A stretch of DNA of 64,000 nt, taken from the NCBI RefSeq assembly GCF_006345805.1, contig NC_043005.1:11470001-11534000 (forward strand). Direction: 5' to 3'. The DNA comes from Octopus sinensis. Taxonomy: Eukaryota. The notes under the pieces were generated by a model, which worked only from the letters and a program-made list of their open reading frames with translations, searched no databases and had not been told where the DNA came from. Below are positions 27,111 through 40,254 of this stretch, piece after piece. A program made the position numbers and the translations under genes. Within the stretch, counting starts at the first letter, position 1, and each line of letters opens with the position of its first letter.

Positions 27111-28030
27111 ATTATTATTATTATTATTATTATTACATATCGTATTACTGAATTGAATGAAAGAAGCATTTCATGGTAGTTGTACAAATAATCCATATCT
27201 GTAGGTCTTTTGGCATTAGTCGTTCTGTTTGAACTATGTAATCTTAGTCAGAATAATGAGAATAAGGAATTCTCCGTTCAGATGTGAATGTAGTTCAGTA
27301 GGGAAATAATTAACAGCTAGATGTCGGTATGATCTAAGGTGAAGAGGAAAATATGTGTGCGCATGTATTAGTGTGTCAATGTACGTACGTGTCTGCGTGA
27401 AAGCTAATGCAAAAGCAAAGTGAAAGTAATAGATTTAAAATGTTAGTAAATACGTAAAACAATAGCAAGGATAAAAGCGAAAGAGAGCATTACAAAAGAC
27501 GGAAAAAAGAGCGAATAATGACGGATATATAAATAGATAAAATAAATAAATGAATGAAGAAAGGAATACATATATAAATTGAAGCATGTAGAAATAAATT
27601 AATAAAATAAGGATGTAAAACATTGAAAATTATAAAGTAGGACAGAACAGAGGTAAGATTAAATGAAAAGAGTGGGGGAAAAAAAAGAGGTTTAAATTAA
27701 CAATGCAAGGAGACGAATCTATTAGAAAGGCTGAATAAAAATAATCACTAAAAGTTAAAAATAAAACGTCAAAACCATTGGCAAAGAGAACAATGAATAG
27801 ATGAGGAAAAAAAAAAAAGGAGAACGCCGAAACTAAATACGAAAGAAATATAATAATGAAAAGTTACAAACCTGAGATGGGGAAGAAATAGCATGTAATA
27901 GAGAGAGAGAGAGAGAGAGAGAGTGAAAGAAGAGCAAGGGATAGAGACAAAGGGGGTAGAAATAGTGAGAGGAGGAATTTGAAGGGATGTAAGCAGGTAT
28001 TAGAAATATATATACATACGTGTATACAAG

Positions 28031-28073
<43 letters not shown>

Positions 28074-28156
28074 CACATATATATATACATACACAACACA
28101 CACAACACACACACACACATATATATATAAACATAAATAAATATATATATGCATGA

Positions 28157-28199
<43 letters not shown>

Positions 28200-28308
28200 A
28201 TGAATGGGAAAATAAATAGGCTGGAAGGTAGATAGGTGGATAGGGAGTTAGTTAAATAGGTTGATATCTTAAGAAGACCATAGAAAGATCGATAAAGAAC
28301 TATATATG

Positions 28309-28343
<35 letters not shown>

Positions 28344-28419
28344 GTGATAAGTTATAGCGTAAGATATATGCACAGAAGAAAGAGAGAGAAAGAGAATGAG
28401 AGCGAGAAGAAGAAGAGAT

Positions 28420-28458
<39 letters not shown>

Positions 28459-28680
28459 GAGAGAAATAGTTTGGTAGGAGAGGAGAAAAGAATGGACGGT
28501 AAGAAATAGGTGAACGCTGACAATAAAATGAAAGACAAGCAGTTTTAAGCACTTCAGTGCATGGATAGACGTTTTGTGTGTAACTTCATTATTAGCAGCG
28601 GAGTGCTGCACATTTCGAAAGAGTGTCTAGCACCCATATTACTGCGGTACGCCATTACGTGCATATCCATATTACATATG

Positions 28681-29110
28681 CTCTTTTACGCTTTTTCTTG
28701 TTTCAGTCATTTGAATGCGGCCATGCTGGAGCACCGCCTTTAGTCGAGCAAATCGACCCCAGGACTTATTCTTTGTAAGCCTAGTACTTATTCTATCGGT
28801 CACTTTTGCCGAACCGCTAAGTTACCGGGACGTAAACACACCAGCATCGGTTGTCAAGCGATGTTGGCGGGGGGGGGGGACAAACACAGACACACAAACA
28901 TATACACACATATACATATATATATAAATATATATATATTATATTATATACATAAATACGACGGGCTTCTTTCAGTTTCCGTCTACCAAATGCACTCACA
29001 AGTCTTTGGTTGGCCCGAGGCTATAGTAGAAGACACTTGCCCAAGGTGCCACGCAGTGGGAGTGAACCCGGAACCATGTGGTTGGTAAGCAAGCTACTTA
29101 GCACACAGGC
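28681..29110 (-). mobile_element. SINE family C
   Basis: Collinear with other C copies. Confidence 0.92.
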
Positions 29111-29133
29111 ATACACACCACACACACACACAC

Positions 29134-29204
<71 letters not shown>

Positions 29205-29207
<3 letters not shown>

Positions 29208-29386
29208 GGTCCCGGGTTGAGTCGAGGTTAACCACAGTAAATAAGGTACTCAATACATAGCAGAGTAAATTAATTTATTTTATAGAAGGAGCTTCTACAG
29301 GACTAGAACTGTTTCATTCAAATGAAATCATCAGGAACATGATGATTTTATTGAATGAAACAGTTCTAGTCCTGTAGAAGCTCCTT

Positions 29387-29391
<5 letters not shown>
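29205..29391 (-). mobile_element. Short PLE-like terminal fragment in (TA)n with 41 bp inverted repeat
   Basis: 29281-29321 is the exact reverse complement of 29351-29391; TA flanks; contains a hammerhead motif. Confidence 0.7.
29293..29337 (-). ncRNA. Minimal type I hammerhead ribozyme candidate
   Basis: ttc-CTGATGA-t ttc attt gaa t-GAAA-cag ttctagtc ctg-TA|gaa; GUA cleavage triplet; 4 bp stem III; 3 bp stem I. Confidence 0.6.
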
Positions 29392-29417
<26 letters not shown>

Positions 29418-30649
29418 TGTTATATTTCGGAATGGTCATATTGCCAGTTTAGCCAATAAAAACACACGCACTATATATTTGATGTTATTTTGCTTCAGTG
29501 ATATTTATTTTTTACATTAATCTTAATCTTATTTCGGCCAAAGTTCTTTCGTCACACTCTGTGACCGCATCAGTGGTCCTTTGTTTTCTTCTCACTTACT
29601 TGTGTCTCTCCTTACTAACCGTCAGCCATTTTATATTTCTATTGTATGTCTTCATTTGCGCATGTTTATATCTCTATGTGAGTCTATGTTTATTTAGTGT
29701 GTGTGTGGGGGGGATGCCTGTAATATTTGTATCTTCTGGTTATATACATTCTTGTAATTTGTATTTTGTTTTTGTTGTTGTTGCTTTTGTTCTAATTTTG
29801 TTCATGTGTTTACATCCACCCATTATTATCATTACATATGCTTGTATGTATGTGGGCGAGCGAATTTGAGTTGTGGTAATGAATTAAGTCTAGGTCCATA
29901 AAGTCCCGGGAACTTTCCCCGCACGGTCGTGGAGGTGAAAGGGAGAAAATTTATACAGAGTGATAAGAGATACAAACGTTGTCTACTTAGTGGCTGGTTT
30001 AGCGTGTGGGTATACATGTGTGTATGAATGTGTCTATGTTTGTGTGTGTGCTCGCGTGTGTGTGTGTTGGGATTAGTTAAGTTCATGAATAGATATATAT
30101 GTGGATGTATGCATATATACTCTTTTACTCTTTTACTTGTTTCAGTCATTTGACTGCGGCCATGCAGGAGCACAATCCGTCTCCACAAAAAAATGAGATT
30201 TAGTTCTTCTCACATAAGCAATAAAACAAAGAATACACGAATAAAAGAATAAGCAAGCAAAAAAATAAACAAAAGAAATTAAATAAAATGTAATACACCG
30301 TGAAATATAAAAAATAAAATATACACGCCATCAGAATAGAACAAAAAAATATAAAGAAACAATCGGACATTTATATTGACCTTTACATTTCATTAAAACA
30401 AATTATTTAGCATATCCCTATATACTTTCTACACACACACACACACACATATATGTATATATATATATATATACGTTTAAATATTTGTTGTGCAAGATTT
30501 TTTATGTGAAGTCGTGTGTTGAAACAGATATTGTTATATTTCGGAATGGTCATATTGCCAGTTTAGCCAATAAAAACACACGCACTATATATTTGGTGTT
30601 ATTTTGCTTCAGTGATATTTATTTTTTACATTAATCTTTATCTTATTTC

Positions 30650-30694
30650 GGCCAAAGTTCTTTCGTCACACTCCTGTGACCGCATCAGTGGTCC
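30650..30694 (-). ncRNA. Variant hammerhead-like motif in the PLE pseudo-LTR (second copy 29536-29579)
   Basis: ggacca-CTGATGC-g-gtcaca ggag tgtgac-GAAA-g aa c-tt|tggcc. All three stems can be drawn, but A9 reads C and the triplet is CUU. Confidence 0.4.
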
Positions 30695-31212
30695 TTTGTT
30701 TTCTTCTCACTTACTTGTGTCTCTCCTTACTAACCGTCAGCCATTTTATATTTCTATTGTATGTCTTCATTTGCGCATGTTTATATCTCTATGTGCGTCT
30801 ATGTTTATTTAGTGTGTGTGTGGGGGGGATGCCTGTAATATTTGTATCTTCTGGTTATATACATTCTTGTAATTTGTATTTTGTTTTTTGTTTTGTTGCT
30901 TTTGTTCTAATTTTGTTCATGTGTTTACATCCACCCATTATTATCATTACATATGCTTGTATGTATGTATAACAACAATATTAGTAATAATAATAATAAA
31001 TCTAATGGAAAAAAAAAAAAAAGGAATATACATATACATATATATATATACATACACATACATATACATATATATATATATACATATACACACACATATA
31101 TACACATATACATATACATATATATATACACATATACATATATATAGATATTCATTTCTATTTCTTTAATTACCTGTGTATTTATTATGTTTGCAGGATC
31201 CACTATTGTCAT

Positions 31213-32605
31213 ATGTTGTGGTGTGCGCTATTGCTCCATTCTAGTTTTCTATTCAGGCTAGGTTTATTTTCTATTATATGTGTAGCTTCTGTAATTTGTC
31301 TAATTGTTGCATCTGTTCTATGTGTGGACAATATCTTAATCTCTATGTTATTGATTGATCCCCCGTGTTCTTGTTCGGGTGTTGGTACAGAATCGATGAG
31401 CTTTTACCTTCCTTGAGTTGTCTCCAATGTTCATTCACCCGCTCACCAATGCTTCTTGCAGTTTCCCCTACGTATGTTACTGTCTTGTTACTGCATCGTC
31501 CCTCTATACATCTTATACTATAGACCACATTCTGGCTTTACAGTTCGTTTGTGGGCTAAATCTACATACAGTGCAATAGTTATCCGTACAGAGAGTTCTA
31601 CTAAAAGGATAGCTTCTACCAATTATAGATCTGATAGGGTTGCCTGGCTTTTCAACAACCTTAATTCTTAGTTTAAGTTTATCTAGGGTCCTTCTAAAGC
31701 GGTACGCTAGTTCACCTCCAGGGGTGGTGGTCAACGAACATGACACTCTGGTATTTATGGCTATCATACCAAGAGTTGGCCTTTCCTATTTTCTTTTTTG
31801 TCCTTTCTATAGTGTTCCATGACTTGTTCCTATAGAGTGGGCAAATCCCATTCCTATCATTACATAATATATTATCAAATTTCTTCATGGCTCCTTTGTA
31901 TACTCTGATCCTTTCTTTATGGCTGTAACCTGAGAACTGCATGCGGTGAATGAAGTACTGTATGTGTCTCTTTAATTCTGTAGGCTCGCACATGCGTGAC
32001 ACATTTCTCATTATTCTGACGAGGTCTGCCATCAAAATATTGAATTTGGCATTGCCCGCAATGGCTGAGTTCCGGTGGATCAGGTATTTTGAGGCCATAG
32101 GTTTTGCATAGTATGAATGAAGGATTTGGGTTTTATTTTCACAATTTCTAGCCAGAGTTCAGTGTCTAGTACTGGTAGTCTATGGTTGGGGTGTTTAGTG
32201 GGGTAGTCTATTGTGACCTTAATACTCTGGTGGATGGAGTTAGCTATTTGCTGGATGCTCTCCATAGTATTAGTTTCTATTACTATATCCAGTACTCTCT
32301 TGTGGGGGTGCCTTTACTACTATATTGATATCATCAACATAGCGAGAGTACATGTTTACGAGTATGGATTTCTGCAGTAGGCATTCTTTAAGCCTTCTGT
32401 CCCACCATACCATGAAGAGGTTGGCCACATCACCAGCGATACTAACACCGATGGCTGCCCCTCGTCCTGGGCATATATTTTATTATTAAATTTAAATGTG
32501 TGGCCTTTTAGGGTAACTCTTATACTAGCTCCTAGTGCATGTGCGATCATTTTCTTTACCTGATGGACATTTGCGGGGCTCCGTATGGCTCTGGTCCATC
32601 CGCGC
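31213..32605 (-). pseudogene. PLE reverse transcriptase plus GIY-YIG endonuclease, frameshifted
   Basis: FKFNNKIYAQDEG, IGVSIAGDVANLFM, YSRYVDD (~32331-32345), RLPVLDTELW, Cys-rich linker CTDNYCTVC..NCK, VYSIRC..YVGETARSIGERVNEH, IRQITEATHI..PSLNRKLEW. Confidence 0.92.
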
Positions 32606-33384
32606 CATTGCTAAACTGGAATATGACCATTCCGAAATATAACAATATCTGTTTCAACACACGACTTCACATAAAAAATCTTGAACAACAAATATTTAAA
32701 CGTATATATATATATATATATATACATATATGTGTGTGTGTGTGTGTGTAGAACGTATATATGGATATGCTAAATAATTTGTTTTAATGAAATGTAAAGG
32801 TCAATATAAATGTCCGATTGTTTCTTTATATTTTTTTGTTCTATTCTGATGGCGTGTATATTTTATTTTTTATATTTCACGGTGTATTACATTTTATTTA
32901 ATTTCTTTTGTTTATTTTTTTGCTTGCTTATCTTTTTATTCGTGTATTCTTTGTTTTATTGCTTATGTGAAAGAACTAAATCTCATTTTTTTGTGGAGAC
33001 GGATTGTGCTCCTGCATGGCCGCAGTCAAATGACTGAAACAAGTAAAAGAGTAAAAGAGTATATATGCATACATCCACATATATATCTATTCATGAACTT
33101 AACTAATCCCAACACACACACACGCGAGCACACACACAAACATAGACACATTCATACACACATGTATACCCACACGCTAAACCAGCCACTAAGTAGACAA
33201 CGTTTGTATCTCTTATCACTCTGTATAACTTTTCTCCCTTTCACCTCCACGACCGTGCGGGGAAAGTTCCCGGGACTTTATGGACCTAGACTTAATTCAT
33301 TACCACAACTCAAATTCGCTCGCCCACATACATCGATACGCACACACACACATACACACATACCCATCTTTACGAATATAATCC

Positions 33385-34280
33385 TCTCTACTATAGGCAC
33401 AAGGCCTGAAATTTTGCGAAGTGGGGTTAATTGATTACCTCGATCCCAGTGTTCCACTGGTACTTAAAAAATCGACCCGGAAAGAATAGAAGACAATGTC
33501 GACCGCGGCAGAATTTGATCTCAGGAAGTAAAGACTGACGAAATACTGCGAGGCGCTTTGTCCTGTGCACTAACGATTCTTTTTTCTTTATTGCCCACAA
33601 GGGGCTAAACATAGATGGGGACAAACAAGGACAAAGGGATTAAGTCGATTATATCGACCCAATGCGTAACTGGTATTTAATTTATCGACCCAGAATGGAT
33701 GAAAGGCAAAGTCGACCTCAGCGGAATTTGAACTTAGAACATAAAGACAGTCAAAATACTTATATCTTTACTGGTACTTATTTAATCGACCCCGAATGGA
33801 TGAAAGGCAAAGTTGACCTCGGCGGAATTTGAACTCAGAACGTAGCGACAGACGAAATACCTATTTCTTTACTATCCACAAGGGGCTAAACACAGAGAGA
33901 ACAAAGACAGACAGACGGATTAAGTCAATATATTATACCCCAGTGCGTAAATGGTACTTAATTTATCGACCCCGAAAGGATGAGAGGCGAAGTCTACCTC
34001 GGCGGAAATTGAACTCAGAACGTAGAGACAGATGAAATACCTATTTCCATTTCTTTATTACCCACAAGGGGCTAAACACAGAGGGGACAAACAAGGACAG
34101 ACATAGGTATTAAGTCGATTACATCGGCCCCAGTGCGTAACTGGTACTTAATTTATCGATCCCGAAAGGATGAAAGGCAAAGTCGACCTCGGCGGAAATT
34201 GAACTCAGAACGTAAAGACAGACGAAATAACGCTACGCATTTCGCCGGGCGTGCTAACGATTCTGCTAGCTCGCCGCCTT
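33385..34280 (-). mobile_element. SINE family B array: one head, three headless bodies and one older copy
   Basis: Junctions at ~34027 and ~33851 read aaatag|gtatttc on the minus strand; the one at ~33758 follows a truncated unit and reads ataa|gtatttt. Confidence 0.9.
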
Positions 34281-34394
34281 CATATAGGCTAACAATAGCC
34301 ACATAAAGTCTCTATTCTACAATCAAACTTTCGTGTTCAGCTCATCCAGTATTACTTAGAAAATGTTTTGATTCATTACCTCAATCCTATACCA

Positions 34395-34789
34395 GTGGAG
34401 GCGCAATGGCCCATTGGTTAGGGCAGCGGACTCGCGGTCATAGGATCGCGGTTTTGATTCCCAGACCGGGCGTTGTGAGTGTTTATTGAGCGAAAACACC
34501 TAAAAAGCTCCACGAGGCTCCGGCAGGGGATGGTGGTGATCCCTGCTGTACTCTTTCACCACAACTTTCTCTCACTCTTACTTCCTCTTTCTGTTGTACC
34601 TGTATTTCAAAGGGCCGGCCTTGTCACTCTCTGTGTCACGCTGAATATCCCCGAGAACTACGTTAAGGGTACAAGTGTCTGTGGAGTGCTCAGCCACTTA
34701 CACGTTAATTTCACGAGCAAGCTGTTCCGTTGATTCGGATCAACCGGAGCCCTCATCGTCGTAACCGACGGAGTGCTTCTTCTTCTTCT
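34395..34789 (+). mobile_element. SINE family A
   Basis: TSD tcctatacca (34385-34394, 34790-34799); (CTT)n tail. Confidence 0.94.
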
Positions 34790-35150
34790 TCCTATACCAG
34801 TGTTTGCGAATGAATTTTAGCCGATAACATGTTTTTTTTTCAATTAATGTTCAATTTTCCAAACATTTCACTCGTGTTTTACGCTTGCTACATCCAAATT
34901 TCTTACATATTTGCTCTCGTTTTTACACCCTCTCACCTCCTCGCATTGCGTATTTTCACTCAACCAATCTTTATTTACAATTCCACATTCTTCTCTCAAT
35001 TCCAGAATGCCCTTCTCTCTCTCTCTCTCTCGATACACGCCCACCCCCCAATATCTGCTAAGTTATCATTAATTGTGAAAGCATTATCTTTTACCTCGAT
35101 TCAATATTTCCAAGAATTCAAAAGATGAAACTGCAGAAAAATAGTACACT

Positions 35151-35183
<33 letters not shown>

Positions 35184-35401
35184 ACACACTTTTTTTTGTA
35201 TAAAATTTGATTTCCACACATTGTAAGTGTGTGTGTGTGTGACAATCAATTTTTTCCTGTTTGGTTTTATATTGCTCATAGCTGGCTTCATTATTTTATA
35301 ATTTCCACGTTAGAATTTTGCTAAATCGGCCATAAATTCACATGGTAAATATATATAGAGACATTTGGGATTTAGCTTAACCATCCAGCGACCCAGTAGT
35401 C

Positions 35402-35445
35402 ACTACTGATGAGTTTGTATTTCTCAAACGAAACTACCGTATAGT
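35402..35445 (+). ncRNA. Minimal type I hammerhead ribozyme candidate with fully canonical core
   Basis: acta-CTGATGA(35406-12)-GTTTG tatttct CAAAC-GAAA(35430-33)-c tacc g-TA|tagt. G10.1-C11.1 pair, GUA triplet, stem I acta/tagt. Confidence 0.7.
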
Positions 35446-35605
35446 CATCTTGCTCCCTATGGGGTGGGTATTTCCCCTGTTAGTATATAAAATATGCTTT
35501 TTACGGAAACAAGGGCTATTCAGCTCCTATTTCTAGTAATGTAGGTGCTACCCTGCACCCTCAGTCAGAACTAGTGACAGGTGAATTTTCCTATACATAG
35601 ATACA

Positions 35606-35639
<34 letters not shown>

Positions 35640-36190
35640 GGTGACTGCCTCCTCGTTATCGAGTATGACCATTGCACGAAGCTTAATCAATGTTGTTATC
35701 GGGCAATGCCCGTGCAAGAAGATGTTTTTAAAGTGAGGAAAGGCTGTGCACTGAGTCAATCCCACTCACTAAGCAACAGCAGCCATAATCCGAAAAGAAG
35801 AACAAGTCAACATCATCGGTAACCACAGAGTCGCAGATTTATGTCGGAGTTATCCCAGTTACCTGAGTTACCTTCTCCTAGAAGGATGCCCTAACAAATG
35901 CTAGGAGTCCTTCACTCCCAATGGTTTAACCGCACGATCAGGTATTCAGTCCGATTATTTCTATGTCCCCGCACATGATACAGCCTTAAGACATTTATTG
36001 GATGGCCGTTGAATCTCAAGAGTTCCTCCGCCCTTTGACGGGTTTTGTTTTTCATTCCGCATGTTGTCCAATAAACACCCTCCTCAACAAGCAAGCTTGG
36101 TGGGGTTGCCGGTTTAGTCGCCGACGACCCGACCATGCACGGGTTTTACTGGGTTACATGTTACCAGTAGCACTCGAAAGTGACCTGACA
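35640..36190 (-). mobile_element. Interspersed repeat flanked by (TACA)n, RTE 5'UTR-like
   Basis: GC-richer block between (TACA)n tracts; shares motifs with 3880-4135. Confidence 0.5.
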
Positions 36191-36714
36191 TAACATACAT
36201 ACATACATACATACTTACATACATATCAGTACTCACTAATAGATACACAAGCACGCGTGCGAGCGCACATCCATCCACTGAATTAACTCTGCTGTTCGCA
36301 TAAATCACAGTTATATTATATACACCATTGTCTACACTAATGATCTACCCCCTGTTACTTGTTACTTTATTCATATGCAAATTCTAGAGGTACGAGTAGT
36401 ATACCTTTTTCTCAAACTAAAGAATTAGAACTTGGACAATTTTTTGCTTTACTCATTGCCTATGAGAGTCTGTTACAAAATTGATGGCATGTGATCTCTT
36501 CGGAGATTAAAGGTTTCAGGTTAAGTCTAGCGATAGACTTTGAGAAATATGAAATTCCAAAAATGAGGAGGTCAAACTGTATTGAAGTTTAAATCTTTCC
36601 ATGTAATAATATATTAATGCTACAATCCAATCACGTTGTTCTATATTAATTTATTTTACAATATGTTCTTGTTACAATTTATTCATGGTGCTCTATTCTC
36701 ATCATTCCCATAAT

Positions 36715-37260
36715 TCAATATATCGCAGCGGTAAAATATTAGCTGCCAGAGTGTTGTCACGTTTGTCTGCTTGATTGATTAGCAGAGTGTCAGCTCTGGT
36801 AACTCTGAAACTACAGAAGCTAAGATGTCTAAACCTATTATCAATGATTACTAAGCGAAATAACTTTTGTTTTTGCTTTTTCGAAAAATTGTCTTATTTT
36901 AACAAGTTATTTGGCTTCTAAGTGACCTAGCATAGTTCATCTTGACATAGATTGGGAGAGTTACCGGTTATGTAAGGAAAATGAAAATTAATTTAGTTTC
37001 GCAGAAATCGAAATATAACGAGATATACTTGCACCTATGTACTTGGTAACAAAATTCCTTTCAGATACCGCTGGCTATCCAAAGATGACTACATACAAAA
37101 GGAAAAAATTTTGTTTCCGTTTGGTAACTTGAAGATTATATAGTCATATGAATTTGGACGTCGTGTTAAGCCTAATGCACAAAATCAAAAAACAAAAAGA
37201 AAAAAGGCGATCGGGAATCTAATCAGATCGCTTGCAACTGCATGAGCTTCGGTTATTTCC
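36715..37260 (+). mobile_element. Possible Helentron-associated/DINE-like non-autonomous element
   Basis: Decayed gtttgtctg tract followed by aactctgaaactacagaagctaagatgtctaaac-type text; general resemblance only. Confidence 0.3.
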
Positions 37261-37454
37261 CTCATTATCAATGTCCTTAGGTGGTGGTGATAAGCCAGAA
37301 AGCTTGTTTCAGTGTGTCAATGTTGCAGATGATAAAGGTGGATTAAGGCTATTTCACTGTATCCACGTTACAACATAATCAGGTTACAATACATCTATAC
37401 TATTAACATTTTCGTATATATCCATGTAAAAACAACATGGTGATAATACAATCA

Positions 37455-37467
37455 TTTTGTTATAATG

Positions 37468-37509
<42 letters not shown>

Positions 37510-37557
37510 TTAATAATGATAATGATGATAATATTAGTAATAATAATAGTAATGATG

Positions 37558-37591
<34 letters not shown>

Positions 37592-37593
37592 TG

Positions 37594-37636
<43 letters not shown>

Positions 37637-37653
37637 TAATAATAATAATAATA
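37455..37653. repeat. (AAT)n microsatellite
   Basis: Directly visible. Confidence 0.97.
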
Positions 37654-38210
37654 AATGCCCTGATGCAGTACCAGGCAGTGGCTCTCATGGCTTCTGATCT
37701 TAACTGATTGGAAGTGTTATCATGCACATTGTTCTGTCTTGGTATAAAAGATGGGCTACAGCAAATATTCTTCTCAATACCACAGATTTGCTTGTCAGTT
37801 GTTTGACCATAACCAGTTGAGCATGTCCCTTAGTGGCTGACGATATGTGCATCTCTGATCACGAGCAGAAGTAGTGGGGGAGCATCATAGCCATGTGTTG
37901 AAAGGGATTCTTTGGGGTTTGAATAATTCACCTCTGGAAACATGGGTGTTTCGTTCAACATCCTTAAACAACCCTTATTCAGGGACCTTTTGAGCGGGAT
38001 GGGCTACTCAACCAGAAGAAAATTCTAACTGGGCCCCACCTGCAAGGTCATGTGCTGTTTATCTTTTTATGAGATCACCATGTCGCGCACATATGGTTGT
38101 GATGCATGTGCCTGGTGTACCCTTATCAGACGGGTAGTCATGATGGGTATATTGGGCTTCGTACATTTTACCCCAGTGTCACTTTGATGGCATGAACTGC
38201 TCTCTCACTC
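37654..38210 (+). mobile_element. Non-coding repeat inserted in (AAT)n; possibly R4/Dong-mobilised
   Basis: (AAT)n on both sides; partial second copy at 24826-25002 also ends in (AAT)n. Confidence 0.7.
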
Positions 38211-38306
38211 AATAATAATAATAATAATAATGATAATAATAATAATAATCATAATAATAATAATCATAATAATTATAATCATAATAATAATAATAATAAT
38301 AATATT

Positions 38307-38520
38307 CAGACAAATACGTAACAAAAACACCAAGACTAAAAGTATATATAACATACAGAATATAGCAGAACTAGGCACCGCACACATCCTACGTAGAATA
38401 TTTTCAATACTGTAACAATAAGAACATCACAACAAACCACAGCACATACCCAAGGCACACAGAGCTGCGCTGGTAGTGAAGTGAAAGCACGTGATAAAAA
38501 CAAGACAACTGGATTATAAG
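38307..38520 (+). mobile_element. R4/Dong-clade LINE 3' end (REL endonuclease C-terminus plus 3'UTR)
   Basis: SIYNIQNIAELGTAHILRRIFSIL* fits the IQKxxLLGTAxILR terminal motif; located in an (AAT)n tract. Confidence 0.75.
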
Positions 38521-38534
38521 AACAACAGCAACAA

Positions 38535-38634
38535 TAACAATAGCAATAGTCAGATGGTGATCGTAATGATGATAATGATGATGATGATGACGACGACGAC
38601 GACGATGACGACGATGATGATGATGAGGATGATA

Positions 38635-38665
<31 letters not shown>

Positions 38666-38860
38666 CGGCGACGACAACAACGACGACGATGACGACGATG
38701 ATGATGATGAGGATGATGATAATGATGATGATGATGACAACAACGACGACGATGACGACGATGATGATGATGAGGATGATAATGATGATGATGATGACGA
38801 CGACGACGATGACGACGATGATGATGATGAGGATGAGGATGATAATGATGATGATGATGT
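38535..38860. repeat. (GAT)n/(GAC)n tract with higher-order repeats
   Basis: gacgacgatgatgatgatgaggatgataatgat unit recurs. Confidence 0.92.
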
Positions 38861-39063
38861 TAATCCTTTAGATAGGCGACAGGCCAGAAACTGCTTTTGT
38901 GGTGGATAAGTTGATTTAAATTAAGAAATATTCATGTTAGAACACGGCTACGTTACAATTTAGCAGTCGCTATACACAACACACACACACACACACACAT
39001 ACACATTCATGAGTGTATGTGGCCGTTTCTATGTCTTATATATATATGTATACCTATCTATCT

Positions 39064-39138
<75 letters not shown>

Positions 39139-39658
39139 CATACATATATATACATGTATATATATGTATACCTATGTATCTCCATATATATATGTATATA
39201 TTTATATATATATACAGAAACACACAGATACACACGCACGCATTCTTGCATGCAGAACACACACACAACACAACACCCCCCTCCCCATATATATGTATAT
39301 ATATATATATATATATGTAGGTATATGTACTTGTACGTGTCATATCATATCCCGAAGCTACCTATTAAAATAATGTTGTTAGTGAATATTGCAAATCAAA
39401 TTCCACAGCTGTTTCATTGTTATTGTTGCGCTAGTTGAGATTGCTGCTACACTTGGTGCTGCCGTAATATTCTTTTTTTTCTTCTTTATATTGCTATTGC
39501 ATATGTAAATAGGGTTATTATTATTTTCGTACAGTTCTACAGCTGTTACTCTTACGGCAGGAATAGATAGATATATGTTGGTTCTTTCTGTTCCACAGCT
39601 GTTACTTGTAATACAATTATTCGAGAAATACATTAAGTTGCTCCCTTACATATGTCTG

Positions 39659-39700
<42 letters not shown>

Positions 39701-40254
39701 GCATATCTATATAAATATAGATATAGATATATATGTATATACAAAGAGAAAGAGGGTGAGAAAGAGAGATACATATATGTATATACAAGTATCTGTGTAC
39801 ATACAAAAATGCATAATTCTCATACATATATTTTCATGTTGAAGTTTATCATGTTTTTTGGTGACCGTATCCTATAAACAGATGATAACATTTTATATAA
39901 GCATGTGTGTGTTTGTGTGTTTATATCATTATCTAATAAATTTACACAGACAAACAACTTACTAAAGCACTTGAAATAATGAATTAATAAAACGGGTTTC
40001 AGAACAAAATGTAGTCTCTTAAAAATTACCTAAAAAGAAAAAAAATTATGGTAAGGTAGATTACTTAAGCGGAAAACTGGTATGCATTTAAATAAATTAC
40101 TGAATGATGTACATAAATACATCCTCACTTAATCAATATTTCTTTGTAAAATTATGCGCTACTCAAGTACATGTGGTCGATTATTCTGCCTCATTCTAGA
40201 TTTCAATGGAATTATAAAAGATTAGTGAGACATGTAGAGATACTTTTTACTCGC

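Larger units (their letters stand above)
29416..33333 (-). mobile_element. Penelope-like element (Neptune-like), 5'-truncated, with tandem and inverted pseudo-LTR structure
   Basis: Direct repeat 29416-29853 / 30530-30968; inverted repeat 29846-30567 / 32610-33333; RT and GIY-YIG remnants lie between the inverted arms. Confidence 0.9.
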
